Positions 28,508 to 39,158 of a stretch of DNA of 62,097 bases are shown piece after piece. The first letter of the stretch is position 1, and every line of letters begins with the position of its first letter. The stretch spans positions 1-62,097 of IMG/VR virus record IMGVR_UViG_3300023181_000031; one strand, given 5' to 3'. Both the position numbers and the translations under genes were made by a program. The notes below the pieces were generated by a model. That model saw only the letters and a list, made by a program, of their open reading frames with translations. It searched no databases and was not told the DNA's origin. This stretch comes from a virus (lineage: Duplodnaviria; Caudoviricetes).

Positions 28508-28514
28508 TCTATAT

Positions 28515-29318
28515 ATGAACTATGAAACAATAAAAAAACTCTATATAGATTCTCCAATATTCTCTAACGATGATAAATTTCTTAAGGTTTTAAAAAATAT
28601 TAATTCGGATAATTTAGATATCATTAAATCAAATGAATATTGTCAGGTATATTTTTATGATAACGATGCGTCAAAACCTTTTGCACTCGCAACCTATGTT
28701 GACGGTGTTATGATGGCTAAAAATTTTATAATTACTAAAAATAATTTAGCCATAGGAGTAAGAGAAACTAAAGAGATTATAGATATTAGTAATAAATATG
28801 ATTTAGTTATTCAAAGAGCATTAAATGATTATTTTGGAAAAGATAAAAGCATTCATGAACTAGGTAAATCGGCTTTTAGAAGGCGTGAAAACTTTGTTAT
28901 TGATTTAAATAGAGTTACAGACGGCTTAAAAGCAAAGAAAATATCTAAATTAAAAGCTTATCAACTAAATATTTGTAATGTAAATCAAGAAATACCTAGT
29001 TTTTTACTATCAAGAGTTGAGAATAAAGAAAAATTTACTAGATTAGTTATAGAATTTGATGTGTTAAATAGAGCATTAAATACTTTAGATATTCAATATT
29101 ATAGCGTTTTAGCTGTGTGGTTTTTTCCTGAAAGACCATCTAAAAATAATACTATTCAATTAGCTGCATCAAGATTAAAAAACAGTCAAATTTCAGCTAA
29201 GAGACAAACATCAAGGCGTAATAAAGAAACAGCTTTAAATGCTTTAATAGAGAATATTTCTTATACTCAATACTTAGATTTTATTAAAGCAGGCGAATTA
29301 TTATTAAAGCAATTTTAA
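28515..29318 (+). CDS. Putative late-gene transcriptional activator or antiterminator
   Basis: Last gene before the late leader; C-terminal sigma4/ArpU-like pattern ALNTLD..YSVL..IQLAASRL..RRNKETALNAL. Confidence 0.5.
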   Translation: MNYETIKKLYIDSPIFSNDDKFLKVLKNINSDNLDIIKSNEYCQVYFYDNDASKPFALATYVDGVMMAKNFIITKNNLAIGVRETKEIIDISNKYDLVIQRALNDYFGKDKSIHELGKSAFRRRENFVIDLNRVTDGLKAKKISKLKAYQLNICNVNQEIPSFLLSRVENKEKFTRLVIEFDVLNRALNTLDIQYYSVLAVWFFPERPSKNNTIQLAASRLKNSQISAKRQTSRRNKETALNALIENISYTQYLDFIKAGELLLKQF

Positions 29319-29437
29319 AAAGTTTTAGAATTAAAGTAAACTATTGTAACAAAAAACAATGAAATTTATTTTCAGCTATTTAAGACTATATCTTAGTTAT
29401 AAGTTATAAAATGAATCAAAAATGAATTAAATACTTA

Positions 29438-29553
29438 TGTTATATTAAAATGTATACAAAGTTTTTACATCAGGAGTAAGCTTTTATTTACCTTTTAGCT
29501 TACTCCAAACAAAATTAAATAATAAATCAAGACCTATAACGGGTCTTTTTTTT
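29438..29553 (+). ncRNA. Late promoter plus about 100-nt leader RNA (10-bp stem, 14-nt anti-RBS-like loop, intrinsic terminator)
   Basis: TGTTATATT 29438-29446; GGAGTAAGCT-tttatttacctttt-AGCTTACTCC 29473-29506; AAGACCT/GGGTCTT + T run 29529-29553. Confidence 0.6.
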
Positions 29554-29567
29554 AATGGATAAATAAA

Positions 29568-30272
29568 ATGGCTAGACCTAAGAGTAAAAAAGATAAAGAT
29601 AACGAGCCTGATCTAATAGAACAAGATGAAAAGTTAAAACTAGCACCCGTACACATGGCTATAGATGCTTATTATGGTAGAAACGAAGATAACACAGGTT
29701 CTTTAATTTTTAACGTTAGTGATGAAGATATTGATTTAGACTATCCCGAAGATGATCTCGAAGAGGAAAATTTAAACGAATATAAGCAAGTTGAGAAAGA
29801 ATCTAAAAAAGATGGCACAGAAGAAAAAATAAAAGCTCATCATAAAGTACCTACTCATAGAGAATTTGTAAAAGCGTTTTTTAAACATCGTGGAATTAAA
29901 TTAAATATAGCTAATGAATTAAATATAACTAGACGTGCTTTAGATCGTAGATTAAATAGAAGTAAAACATTAAGAGAAGCTTTAAAAGATGCAATAGCAA
30001 ACGGTGTTGACGGGGCACAAAGTAAGTTAGTTGAACTTATGGACGGTGTAGTTATCCAAGACTATGATTTTAGAGGCAAGCCTATTGTATATAAAACTGT
30101 TCCTTGTACTAAATCAATTCAATTTTATTTACGTAAACAAGGTAAAGAATTAGGTTATGGAGACGAAGTTAAAGAAGAAGCTAAAAAACCTCTTGATAAT
30201 GGCTCTATAGATAATTTAGTCGATGCTATTAATCGAAGTACTGAAAAAATGAATAAAGAAGATAATGCTTAG
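29568..30272 (+). CDS. Terminase small subunit
   Basis: HTH IANELNITRRALDRRL, AQSKL, SIQFYLRKQGKELGY; overlaps terL. Confidence 0.75.
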   Translation: MARPKSKKDKDNEPDLIEQDEKLKLAPVHMAIDAYYGRNEDNTGSLIFNVSDEDIDLDYPEDDLEEENLNEYKQVEKESKKDGTEEKIKAHHKVPTHREFVKAFFKHRGIKLNIANELNITRRALDRRLNRSKTLREALKDAIANGVDGAQSKLVELMDGVVIQDYDFRGKPIVYKTVPCTKSIQFYLRKQGKELGYGDEVKEEAKKPLDNGSIDNLVDAINRSTEKMNKEDNA

Positions 30273-31536
30273 TACCGAAGATAATATAATTAATGCTAAG
30301 TTTCAATTTGGTGAGTTTTCAAGAAAAGCATTATTATCATTAAGTTTAAGTACAGCTCGTTATAATATCTGGGAAGGCTCAGTATCAAGCGGTAAAACTA
30401 TAACCTCTATAGTTAGATGGATTTCATACATAAAGACAGCCCCAAGAGGTCGTCTTTTAATGGTAGGTAAAACAGAACGTACATTAAAAAGAAACGTACT
30501 AGATGATTTACAGGCTATAGTTGGCACTGATAACTATAAGAAAAAAGGTGATGGCGAAATAATTGTTTATGGTCGCGTAATTGATCTTGTTGGAGCTAAT
30601 GATGAAAGGGCACAAGATAAAATAAGGGGTGGTACTTATGCGGGTGCTTATTGCGATGAGATTACCTTATACCCTGAAAGTTTTTTTCAAATGTTAATTA
30701 CTCGTTTAAGGGTGTTAGGCTCTCAATTATTTGGAACTACTAACCCCGATAGTCCTTATCATTGGTTAAAAGAAAATTATTTAAATAATACTAAATTAGA
30801 TTTAAAAATATTTTCCTTTACTATGGATGATAACCCGAATTTAGATCCTAGTTATGTCGAAGCTATGAAAAAAGCATTTACAGGACTTTGGTATAAAAGA
30901 TTTATTCTTGGCTTGTGGGTTATGGCTGCGGGCGTTATTTATGATGTATTTAAAGATGATATACATAAACTAGATTCTATACCTAGTACTTTTGATAGTT
31001 ATTATGTGGGTATGGATTACGGCACTAATAACCCGTGTGTATTCTTACTTTTTGGTAAGCTAAATAATAAGTATTACTTGATTAAAGAGTTTTATCACGA
31101 AGGTAGAAAAGAAGGACAAAAGACTGATTCTTATTATGCTACTAAATTAAAAGAATTTGTTAAGGGTTATAAAATTACTAAGTTTTTCCTTGATCCTAGT
31201 GCATCAAGTTTTAAAACTGAGTTAAAAGAGCAAGGTATTTATACAACTGATGCGGAAAACTCTGTTATTGATGGAATAAGAAAAACATCATCTATTATTG
31301 ATAACAATAGATTATTTATACATACAACTTGTAAACATACCTTAAAAGAATTTTCATCTTATATATGGGATGAAAAAGCAGGTAAAAAAGGCGTTGATAA
31401 GCCTATTAAAGCTAATGACCATGCGTTAGACGCATTACGTTACGTACTTTATAGTTTAGAATCAAGCCCGCCACCTAACGTAGAAGTAATAGAAACTTAC
31501 GGAGATAGAAAAAATTATGATAGTGAATTTGATTAA
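30265..31536 (+). CDS. terL: Terminase large subunit, PBSX family
   Basis: EGSVSSGKT, AYCDE, TTNPDSPYHWLK, GMDYGTNNP, DPSA, NDHALDALRY. Confidence 0.95.
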   Translation: MLSTEDNIINAKFQFGEFSRKALLSLSLSTARYNIWEGSVSSGKTITSIVRWISYIKTAPRGRLLMVGKTERTLKRNVLDDLQAIVGTDNYKKKGDGEIIVYGRVIDLVGANDERAQDKIRGGTYAGAYCDEITLYPESFFQMLITRLRVLGSQLFGTTNPDSPYHWLKENYLNNTKLDLKIFSFTMDDNPNLDPSYVEAMKKAFTGLWYKRFILGLWVMAAGVIYDVFKDDIHKLDSIPSTFDSYYVGMDYGTNNPCVFLLFGKLNNKYYLIKEFYHEGRKEGQKTDSYYATKLKEFVKGYKITKFFLDPSASSFKTELKEQGIYTTDAENSVIDGIRKTSSIIDNNRLFIHTTCKHTLKEFSSYIWDEKAGKKGVDKPIKANDHALDALRYVLYSLESSPPPNVEVIETYGDRKNYDSEFD

Positions 31537-32912
31537 TGAGTAATTTAAGTTACTCAACAGGTCTATTTAATACAACTTTGGTTAATCCTTTATTTAACCA
31601 AGATAAATTAAAAGAGATAGAAAGAGTAATTAAGAAAGATCCAACTATTGAAGTAGGTCAATCTGTAAATACAATTAATACTACTCAAATACTTGATTTA
31701 GGTGAAGATGATTATTATGGATTCGGTAGAAATAAAATCCTTAATGATAAGGGTATCGCTAAAATTGAAAAGTATGTCGAAAAAGACGCTCAGGTTATAG
31801 CATGTAGAGAGCTTTTACTAGGCTCAGTAGTTCAATTAGTACTTAGTATACATGTATCTACCAAATGTCCTGAAAAACAAGAATTAGCGGACGAATTAGC
31901 CGACTTTTTTAATTATGTTTTTGATAGTATGCAAGGTACTATTGAGGACGAACTAAGACAATTAGTAGGTGATATTTACGGATACGGTTTATCTGAATTT
32001 AAATGGAAATATTCAGATGATTTAAGATTTGAAAATAAATTAATTATTGATGCTTTAAAAAATAAGAAACAAGGCTTATATCAATTTGATTGCGATAGCT
32101 TTGGAAATATATTAAGTATAAGTAATTTATGGAATCCAAGCCAACCTTTACCCGTTAGTAAGTTTTGTTATTCTACTTGGAAGAAAAAATATAGTAATCC
32201 TTACGGTTGCGGATTAGCGGAGACACTTTATTTTTTATGTTTTGCTAAACGTGAATTATTGAAAGGTAAACTTAAACGTTCAGACAAAGAGACTAGACCT
32301 ACTGTAGTTATTTCTATGCCTTCTACCCCTGATAATGCTTTAATTAAAGCAGCTAATAAATTTTTACAGGATATAGAACATAGTACAGGCGGTACACTTC
32401 CAGACCCTTTAAAAGCTGAGTTATTAGATAGATTTTCAAATAGTAATACTTCTAATGATTTAGATATACTTAAATTTCTAAACGAAGAAATATCAAAATG
32501 TATTCTTGGTAATTCATCAGAAGCTAATAATTCAGAGGGTGGAAGTTACGCAAGATCAAAAGTATCATCACAAGTTACTAAAGTAAATATTATGTACTTA
32601 ATTAAGCACTTAGAGGATATTGTTAAAGAACAAATTATAAAGCCAATGGCACGTTATAACTTTGATCCTAACATATACACAAGTGACTTATACCCTACTG
32701 CTAAATTTGGAGAAGTAGAAGAAGAAAGTAAAGATAGTCTAGTAGATAGATTGGTTAGTCTTGCAAATGCTAATTTTATAAATGCGACAGATAAAAACGT
32801 CCGTGAGTATGTAAGAAAAATTGATGATATTCCTGAGCCTGAAATTATAGCAAATCCTAATGATGATATTTCAAGTGACGAAACTATTGCTTTTGTAAAT
32901 AAAAATAAATAG
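31536..32912 (+). CDS. Portal protein (DUF935/Mu gp29-like)
   Basis: NPYGCGL..LY, NEEISKCILG, GGSYARSKV, QIIKP; follows terL. Confidence 0.88.
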   Translation: MSNLSYSTGLFNTTLVNPLFNQDKLKEIERVIKKDPTIEVGQSVNTINTTQILDLGEDDYYGFGRNKILNDKGIAKIEKYVEKDAQVIACRELLLGSVVQLVLSIHVSTKCPEKQELADELADFFNYVFDSMQGTIEDELRQLVGDIYGYGLSEFKWKYSDDLRFENKLIIDALKNKKQGLYQFDCDSFGNILSISNLWNPSQPLPVSKFCYSTWKKKYSNPYGCGLAETLYFLCFAKRELLKGKLKRSDKETRPTVVISMPSTPDNALIKAANKFLQDIEHSTGGTLPDPLKAELLDRFSNSNTSNDLDILKFLNEEISKCILGNSSEANNSEGGSYARSKVSSQVTKVNIMYLIKHLEDIVKEQIIKPMARYNFDPNIYTSDLYPTAKFGEVEEESKDSLVDRLVSLANANFINATDKNVREYVRKIDDIPEPEIIANPNDDISSDETIAFVNKNK

Positions 32913-32924
32913 GTGAAAATATAA

Positions 32925-33137
32925 ATGAATATAAAAACTTGTGATTTACCATTTTACAATATGATGAAAGATTTAGGTATTAATGATAATGACTTTAGTT
33001 ATATTGAAGATGAAGATGGTAGTACTATAGCGGTACATCAAAACATATTAGAAAAATTACCATTAGATAATTTAGAGCCTGAAAAACAACAAAAAGTTAT
33101 GACAATGCTAGCCGCTTGTAATATATATGAAAATTAG
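32925..33137 (+). CDS. Small hypothetical protein
   Basis: Lies between portal and protease. Confidence 0.6.
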   Translation: MNIKTCDLPFYNMMKDLGINDNDFSYIEDEDGSTIAVHQNILEKLPLDNLEPEKQQKVMTMLAACNIYEN

Positions 33138-33146
33138 GTTTAAATA

Positions 33147-34520
33147 ATGTCTGATTTAGTAATTGATTTTCCAAACGTAGAAATATTTAGTACTGGTACT
33201 TTTAACGGTAAAGTTACTACATTAGAAGACTTACAAGACGCTGTAAAAGCTTATAACGAACTTGGTTATATGCCTGACATTAAAATAACTCATGAAGATA
33301 CTAAGGCTGATAGAGATAAACGCTATGACATATTTAAAAAATTTCCGTTTATATTAGGTAAAGTAGCAAACTTAAGACTTGTAGCTAATAAATTAATAGG
33401 TGATTACGTTAATGTTTTAGAACCTGTTAAAAAAATGATTCAAGATAAATTATTAATTACACACTCAGCCGAATATTACAGAAATATAAAAGCAGATAAT
33501 GCAAACAAATCATATAAGGCTTTATTCTCAGCGGTTGCATTACTTCCCGTTGGTGAGATACCCGCATTATTTGAAGTATTTAAACCTTACATGTACGGAT
33601 TAGAAAAAAGCTCTATAGAAAATTTTGAATCTTTGCATATAGACGATTTTGAACATGGAAAGAAATTAATTTATGTAATCTCAGAGGAGATCAACACAAT
33701 GACAGAAGAGGAATATAAAAAGGCAATGATGAAGTACTCTGAGATGGGTATGTCTATTATGTCTTTTGCTAAATTTTCCGCTTTAAGTGAAGCGGCACAA
33801 AAAGAATATATGGATAAAATGAAAGAGGAGTCAGACGAAACTATGAGTAAAAATACTGTTCAAGTTGAACCAAAACAAGAGCCTATAAATACTGCAAACA
33901 TTATAGATGAAAATAAACGTCTTAATGCTGAAGTTGAACAATATAAGCTAGAATTTGCAAAATCCAAAGAGGCTGAAATTGAAGCAAGATTTAAACAAAA
34001 AGAAGATGCTTTAAATGCTAAGTTAAAAGAACAAGAAGATGAACAAAAAGCATTAAAATTTAGATTAGATCAATTAGCTTTAGATAAAAATGAAGCTGAG
34101 GACAAAGACTTTATTTCTAATTTAATTAGAAGTGCAAAATTATCACCTGGAAAAGAATCATTTGCATTAGCTAAAATGAAAGAATTTAGAAAAGCTGATA
34201 TAGAAACACCTGTTAAACTTAAATTTTCAGTAGGTGATACTATTCAAGAATTTAGCGTAACTGATGCTGTAAAAGACTTTATGAATAATATATTAATTGA
34301 AAATAAAGCTTATCTTACAGATGAGTTAGCACCTGATAATGAAGGTTTAACCAAACAACAAAAAGAAAAGTATTCAGTAGATGCAGACCCTAAAAGCGTT
34401 ATGTATCAATTACAGGCTGAAAAATACGCAAAAGAAAACAATATAGATATTTCAACTACTGAAGGTTTAACCGAGTGTTTAACAGCGGTTGGAGCGTATG
34501 ACGCTTTAATGAAATTATAA
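33147..34520 (+). CDS. Prohead protease-scaffold (Mu gpI-like) with probable internal scaffold start at 33699
   Basis: VEIFSTGTF, IKITH, LGKV, SAEY, AVALL..PA; coiled-coil C-terminal half; GAGGAG before in-frame ATG 33699. Confidence 0.82.
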   Translation: MSDLVIDFPNVEIFSTGTFNGKVTTLEDLQDAVKAYNELGYMPDIKITHEDTKADRDKRYDIFKKFPFILGKVANLRLVANKLIGDYVNVLEPVKKMIQDKLLITHSAEYYRNIKADNANKSYKALFSAVALLPVGEIPALFEVFKPYMYGLEKSSIENFESLHIDDFEHGKKLIYVISEEINTMTEEEYKKAMMKYSEMGMSIMSFAKFSALSEAAQKEYMDKMKEESDETMSKNTVQVEPKQEPINTANIIDENKRLNAEVEQYKLEFAKSKEAEIEARFKQKEDALNAKLKEQEDEQKALKFRLDQLALDKNEAEDKDFISNLIRSAKLSPGKESFALAKMKEFRKADIETPVKLKFSVGDTIQEFSVTDAVKDFMNNILIENKAYLTDELAPDNEGLTKQQKEKYSVDADPKSVMYQLQAEKYAKENNIDISTTEGLTECLTAVGAYDALMKL

Positions 34521-34537
34521 AAATATCATTCATTTCT

Positions 34538-34563
34538 AACTAGCTTAATAGGCTAGTTTTTTT
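34538..34563 (+). terminator. Intrinsic terminator within the late operon
   Basis: AACTAGCT/GGCTAGTT + T run. Confidence 0.7.
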
Positions 34564-34592
34564 ATGTCTATTTTCTAGGAGGAAATAAAACA

Positions 34593-35015
34593 ATGGCAGT
34601 TACAAGAGGAACAGAAAGACCAATCTCTTATAGTTCAGGTTCGGCTACTTTAAAAGCTGAGATCCCAGTAATGGAAGGTACAGCAATAAATGAACATAAA
34701 ACAGTTATAGCACCATTAGCACAAACATCTAAAATTTCAGGTGTAACAATGACTGACGCTGTTTATTTAGGTCAAGGCGTAGATGTTATGTCTACACCAG
34801 GAGCTAGAGTAAAACTACAAATAGCAACAGGTCAAGTAGGTACAAAAGATTTATATGCAATATTAGACGCTACAGAGTTTGCACTAGGTAGAGTTAAGGC
34901 GGCTACTCTTGCACAAGCGGTAACAGCAACAGCAACCGTTATTGGCAAGTTTACAGAATCAGGCGTAGCACTTGATTTTGTAGAAGTTGAATTAATGCTA
35001 CAAGCTACAGTTTAA
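34593..35015 (+). CDS. Capsid decoration/cement protein
   Basis: 140 aa, A/G/T/V-rich, immediately before the MCP; strong AGGAGG RBS. Confidence 0.7.
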   Translation: MAVTRGTERPISYSSGSATLKAEIPVMEGTAINEHKTVIAPLAQTSKISGVTMTDAVYLGQGVDVMSTPGARVKLQIATGQVGTKDLYAILDATEFALGRVKAATLAQAVTATATVIGKFTESGVALDFVEVELMLQATV

Positions 35016-35038
35016 TAACATAAAGGAGATATAGACAA

Positions 35039-36007
35039 ATGGCAAATTTTGCAAATATAAATGTTAATGTTCCTATTACACAGATACAGCTAAAGCGTGT
35101 TTTAGACCATGAAACTTTTATTGTAGATAAAATATTTAAACCTGTTCCTACTGTAAGTGATACAGGTACTTATACAAAATGGGATAATTCACACCTTAGA
35201 ATTGAAGATTCAAAGTTAGGGCCTCACGGTATAGCTAATATTGTTAAATCAAACGTTAGTATTACAGGTAATTTTAATGTTGAAGATTATGCACTTAAAG
35301 AGTTTCTTTCTGATAAAGAATTAACAATGGCTTATCCTACTATTAGACCACAATTAATTAATAATGCTGCTAGTGGTGTTGTTGATAGACTTTGGATTCA
35401 AAAAGAGAAAAAAGCGGCTGATATGCTTTTTAATACTAGTACTTTTGCGGGTAGTACAGAGGCGTTAGGCTCAGGAACTCAGTTCGATGATCCATCAAAT
35501 ACAAGTATATTTGAGCAAATTGGAGACGCTGCACAAACTGTTAAAAATAAATCAGGTAAAAGAGCAAATACAATTATTATGGGTAGTGCTATATGGGCTA
35601 AATTAAGAAATAGACAAGAGTTTCTAGCTAGACTTAAAACAACCGCTGATGCTAAATTCACTACACAAGCATTTCAAAACTTACTTAATTATGATAATTT
35701 AGCTATTAATCAGGTTCTTGTAGGTGATGAACAATACAACGCTGCTAAAGAAGGTCAAGTGGATAACTTTGTAGATTTATGGGGTAATTATTTCTTAGTT
35801 TGTTATATTGAACCAGGTCAAAACTCTACAGCTAACGTTTCACTTGCTAAGAACTTTACAAGAGGCGGACAAGAAACCGTACAAATGAGAGTATTTAAGA
35901 AAGACCCTGAAGAAACAGGTAACTGGTATCGTGCAAATACTGCTTATGATTTAAGAGTTATCATGAGTGCCGCAGGTTATTTATTCTCTAATGTTATTTC
36001 TACATAA
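35039..36007 (+). CDS. Major capsid protein (HK97 fold)
   Basis: FIVDKIFKPV, RANTIIMGSAIWAKL, LWGN, AAGYLFSNVI; position in operon. Confidence 0.88.
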   Translation: MANFANINVNVPITQIQLKRVLDHETFIVDKIFKPVPTVSDTGTYTKWDNSHLRIEDSKLGPHGIANIVKSNVSITGNFNVEDYALKEFLSDKELTMAYPTIRPQLINNAASGVVDRLWIQKEKKAADMLFNTSTFAGSTEALGSGTQFDDPSNTSIFEQIGDAAQTVKNKSGKRANTIIMGSAIWAKLRNRQEFLARLKTTADAKFTTQAFQNLLNYDNLAINQVLVGDEQYNAAKEGQVDNFVDLWGNYFLVCYIEPGQNSTANVSLAKNFTRGGQETVQMRVFKKDPEETGNWYRANTAYDLRVIMSAAGYLFSNVIST

Positions 36008-36021
36008 GGAAGGTTTAAAAA

Positions 36022-36435
36022 ATGGAAAATAATCAAGAACTAAAAAAAGAAAAAATGAGAACTGTTTATCTTTTAGAAGGTCAAAAAATAAGTAAAAAAG
36101 AAGATGGTCAACTTGTTAGAACTGTAGGCCCTAAAGAAATACAAGTTAATGAGTCAGACTATAACTTATATGTTAATGATTTAAAAATAGCTATTGATAC
36201 TAAAGATAAAGATAGCGAAAATTTAATCAATGAAACAGGTTTAAGTTTAATTGAAGTAAATAATATTAAAGATGAGAATATTATGCTTCAAGAAAAAGTT
36301 AAAGAGCTAGAAGTTTTATTATCAGAAGCAAACGCTAAAAACTTAGAATCTGAGAAAATTAAATCAGATAAAAAAAGTAATAAAAATGTAGCGTCTGAAA
36401 TTAAAACCGATTTAGACGTTAAGGATAACGCTTAA
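36022..36435 (+). CDS. Hypothetical virion-assembly protein
   Basis: Follows the MCP; charged C-terminus. Confidence 0.6.
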   Translation: MENNQELKKEKMRTVYLLEGQKISKKEDGQLVRTVGPKEIQVNESDYNLYVNDLKIAIDTKDKDSENLINETGLSLIEVNNIKDENIMLQEKVKELEVLLSEANAKNLESEKIKSDKKSNKNVASEIKTDLDVKDNA

Positions 36436-36437
36436 TT

Positions 36438-37184
36438 ATGTTTTGCTCAGTAATGGAAGTTAAATCACTTTGTAAATTGATTGAAAACGGATCATTTAAC
36501 GATGATTATGTTCAACGTTATATTAATCAAGCAGAAGCATGGGCTTATGGAAAAATAGAAGATAAGTATATTTGTCCGCCTATACCTAATGTTTTACCTA
36601 CTGGTTTAATTTCTATTACTGCAAATACTAAAGAACAAAACGACGCTAAAAATCCACAAATAATTACAGGTGTTGATACTTTGTTTAAAACACAAAAGGT
36701 AAGACCTGAACAACATATATATATCTATGATTCTAATGAAGTAGCTATTATTAAATCTGTAGATAGTGAAACACAACTAACTGTTTATTTCTTTCAAAAT
36801 AAAATAAAATCCTCTAATGTTAACATTGTAAATAATCCAATTAAAACAAGTGTTACTAATTCGGAATTTTATATTTTAAATGAAAAGTTATGTACAGCTA
36901 TTAGTTATATGGCTGCTAAAAATTTAATTATGGTAGATTTTTCAGACACAGCATATAAACAAGATACTTACCCATTCTATAAACAATATAAGCAATTCGC
37001 TAAAGAAATACTAGACGATTTAGAAAATGGACGTTTCTATGATTCTTCTTTAGCTCCTCAAAATGGTTTAAATACACCCGCTAGAGTAGTAACCACTGTT
37101 AAAAACTCTGATTATTATAATAGTAAGTATTTTAGTTATGAATTAGATGATTGCGGTTATAGAGATAGAAGGTTTTTTGAATGA
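36438..37184 (+). CDS. Head-tail adaptor (Mu gp36-like) with inserted beta domain
   Basis: FCSVMEVK..YINQAEAW..Y..P, AKEILDDLENG. Confidence 0.65.
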   Translation: MFCSVMEVKSLCKLIENGSFNDDYVQRYINQAEAWAYGKIEDKYICPPIPNVLPTGLISITANTKEQNDAKNPQIITGVDTLFKTQKVRPEQHIYIYDSNEVAIIKSVDSETQLTVYFFQNKIKSSNVNIVNNPIKTSVTNSEFYILNEKLCTAISYMAAKNLIMVDFSDTAYKQDTYPFYKQYKQFAKEILDDLENGRFYDSSLAPQNGLNTPARVVTTVKNSDYYNSKYFSYELDDCGYRDRRFFE

Positions 37185-37687
37185 TTAATGTATCTATAAC
37201 TATTGAGGATCAAAACGTTAGAGCTATATTTAATAAAGTATTAGCTAAACTAAACGATTCACCTAAGTTATTAGAAAAAAACGCTAGAATGATAATATTA
37301 GGCTCAATACGAGAAAATATTAAAAGTCAAAGCAATATAGTTCCTTCTAATGATGGTACTAAATTTAAGATTCTAAGTGAAAGATATAAAAATTCTAAAG
37401 CTTTTAAAAATAGACCTCGTAACTCTCAAAATCCATTAGACACACAGAATTTTATTGATTCTTTTTATGTCGCTCCTATGAGTTCTGTACAGTCTCAACA
37501 ATCAGGTTTAGCGGTAACAAGTAGACACCCTGGGGCTTTTACACATACAAAAGGATTAACAGTAAATATATTCGGTAAAACTCAGTATAAATTTCCTGAA
37601 CGTAACGGAATATGGCTTTCAGAGCGTGCCCAACAATTAATAGCTAACAATATTCAAATGGAGCTAATTAATGCCACAAAATCCTAA
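37181..37687 (+). CDS. Virion morphogenesis/neck protein (Mu gpG-like)
   Basis: LSERYK..PLDT..AFTH..G..FPER..WLS. Confidence 0.65.
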   Translation: MINVSITIEDQNVRAIFNKVLAKLNDSPKLLEKNARMIILGSIRENIKSQSNIVPSNDGTKFKILSERYKNSKAFKNRPRNSQNPLDTQNFIDSFYVAPMSSVQSQQSGLAVTSRHPGAFTHTKGLTVNIFGKTQYKFPERNGIWLSERAQQLIANNIQMELINATKS

Positions 37688-38201
37688 CCGAGATTATGAA
37701 TATTTAATTAGAGATGCAATGGCTCAGATTTTATACAATGACGTATATTTTCAAGAGATATTCAAAAACTATGAATTGTCTGAACAAACAGGACAAACAA
37801 TTTTTAATATTTATAAATCTAGTTTATTAGAAAACACTATTGCGTCTTACCCTGCCTTAGCTGTTTATTTTGAGAATGAAGCTACTTATCAAAGAAACAA
37901 TATTTTAAACTATGTTAAGCCTGTTATTTTAGTTGATGTAGCTTATCAATCATCACATCAAGAATACGGAGAAAGAGACGCTAAGGAGCAATCTTTTTTT
38001 ATATGTAGGGATATTACAGCTACATTATTATGCGAAAGTAATTTATATCAAACAGTAAATAATATTCCTATTCAAATTAGTGATTTAAAATTACTTAAGA
38101 TAGAGCCTTTAGCAAGTTTTAATGATGGTGGTAACTGGACTTTTATCACTACAATAATTTTTGAAATTAATACCCCTGAACTAAAAGCACCACGTTTTTA
38201 A
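37671..38201 (+). CDS. Putative tail terminator
   Basis: SYPALAVY; precedes the tail tube gene. Confidence 0.55.
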   Translation: MPQNPNRDYEYLIRDAMAQILYNDVYFQEIFKNYELSEQTGQTIFNIYKSSLLENTIASYPALAVYFENEATYQRNNILNYVKPVILVDVAYQSSHQEYGERDAKEQSFFICRDITATLLCESNLYQTVNNIPIQISDLKLLKIEPLASFNDGGNWTFITTIIFEINTPELKAPRF

Positions 38202-38268
38202 ATTCACACAATAAATTTATTTTAACCTTCTAATAAGAGGGTTTATTTAACCATAGGAGGTTAAACAC

Positions 38269-39126
38269 ATGGCTGATACAACTTTAGTAAGTTATTCATG
38301 TAATCCACTAGCCGAACAACTAGGCAATTTAGGTATAAATATAGGTGTCGGGGGTACTGTTTTAGAGTATGCACCTAGAGACAATGTAAATATTACCTAT
38401 AATGGTACTCTAGGATGGAGACCCGTTGGAATGTCAGAAACAGCAATTAACTTTGTTTTCGCTGCTGAGTATGCAAATTTACAAACTGGTATGGTTGCTA
38501 AAACACAAGATGTTAAACAAACATCTATTGATTTAACTGTTGATGTTTCTATTATGGCTGCTACTCAAGAAGGTAAAAGAATGGCTCTTGGTTATGCTAA
38601 ACAAGTAGTTATATTACCTACAACACCTGTAAGCACAACTGTTGACGGTGATGTAGTATTACCTAATGATAACGGATTCTATGAAGTAGGTTTAACCGCT
38701 GTAACTGGACTTAACCCAGGTGATACAGTTGGAATAGTTACAGGTGATGCAACTTATGGAACTGAAGAAGAATTCGCAGATATTTTATCTATTGACACAG
38801 TTTTAAAAGTAATAAGATTAAAAACACCTATATTTCAATTACCTGCTGACGGTGCCGCTGTTAGAAAAGTTAAAGAAATTAGATTGTTTGTTGAAGCTTG
38901 TTCAGATATGCCTGATAGACAATTTAGAATTGTTAAATATAACAGATCAAATAGAAAACCAGTTGTTGAGCATGCTCAAGATATGGTTATTAGTGGTTTT
39001 AGTGGTGTAACTAACGCTAACGATGCCGCTACTACTTACGGTTTTCAATTACGTGGTAAAGCTAATTTCGATATTGCTACTAATACTTATAGCCTATCAA
39101 GCTATAACGAGTTAAAAGCCGCTTAA
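38269..39126 (+). CDS. Major tail tube protein with inserted beta domain
   Basis: Strong AGGAGG RBS; WRPVG.SE; position before the chaperone and TMP. Confidence 0.7.
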   Translation: MADTTLVSYSCNPLAEQLGNLGINIGVGGTVLEYAPRDNVNITYNGTLGWRPVGMSETAINFVFAAEYANLQTGMVAKTQDVKQTSIDLTVDVSIMAATQEGKRMALGYAKQVVILPTTPVSTTVDGDVVLPNDNGFYEVGLTAVTGLNPGDTVGIVTGDATYGTEEEFADILSIDTVLKVIRLKTPIFQLPADGAAVRKVKEIRLFVEACSDMPDRQFRIVKYNRSNRKPVVEHAQDMVISGFSGVTNANDAATTYGFQLRGKANFDIATNTYSLSSYNELKAA

Positions 39127-39158
39127 ATTTTTCTTCCAAAATCAAACATGTTTAAACC

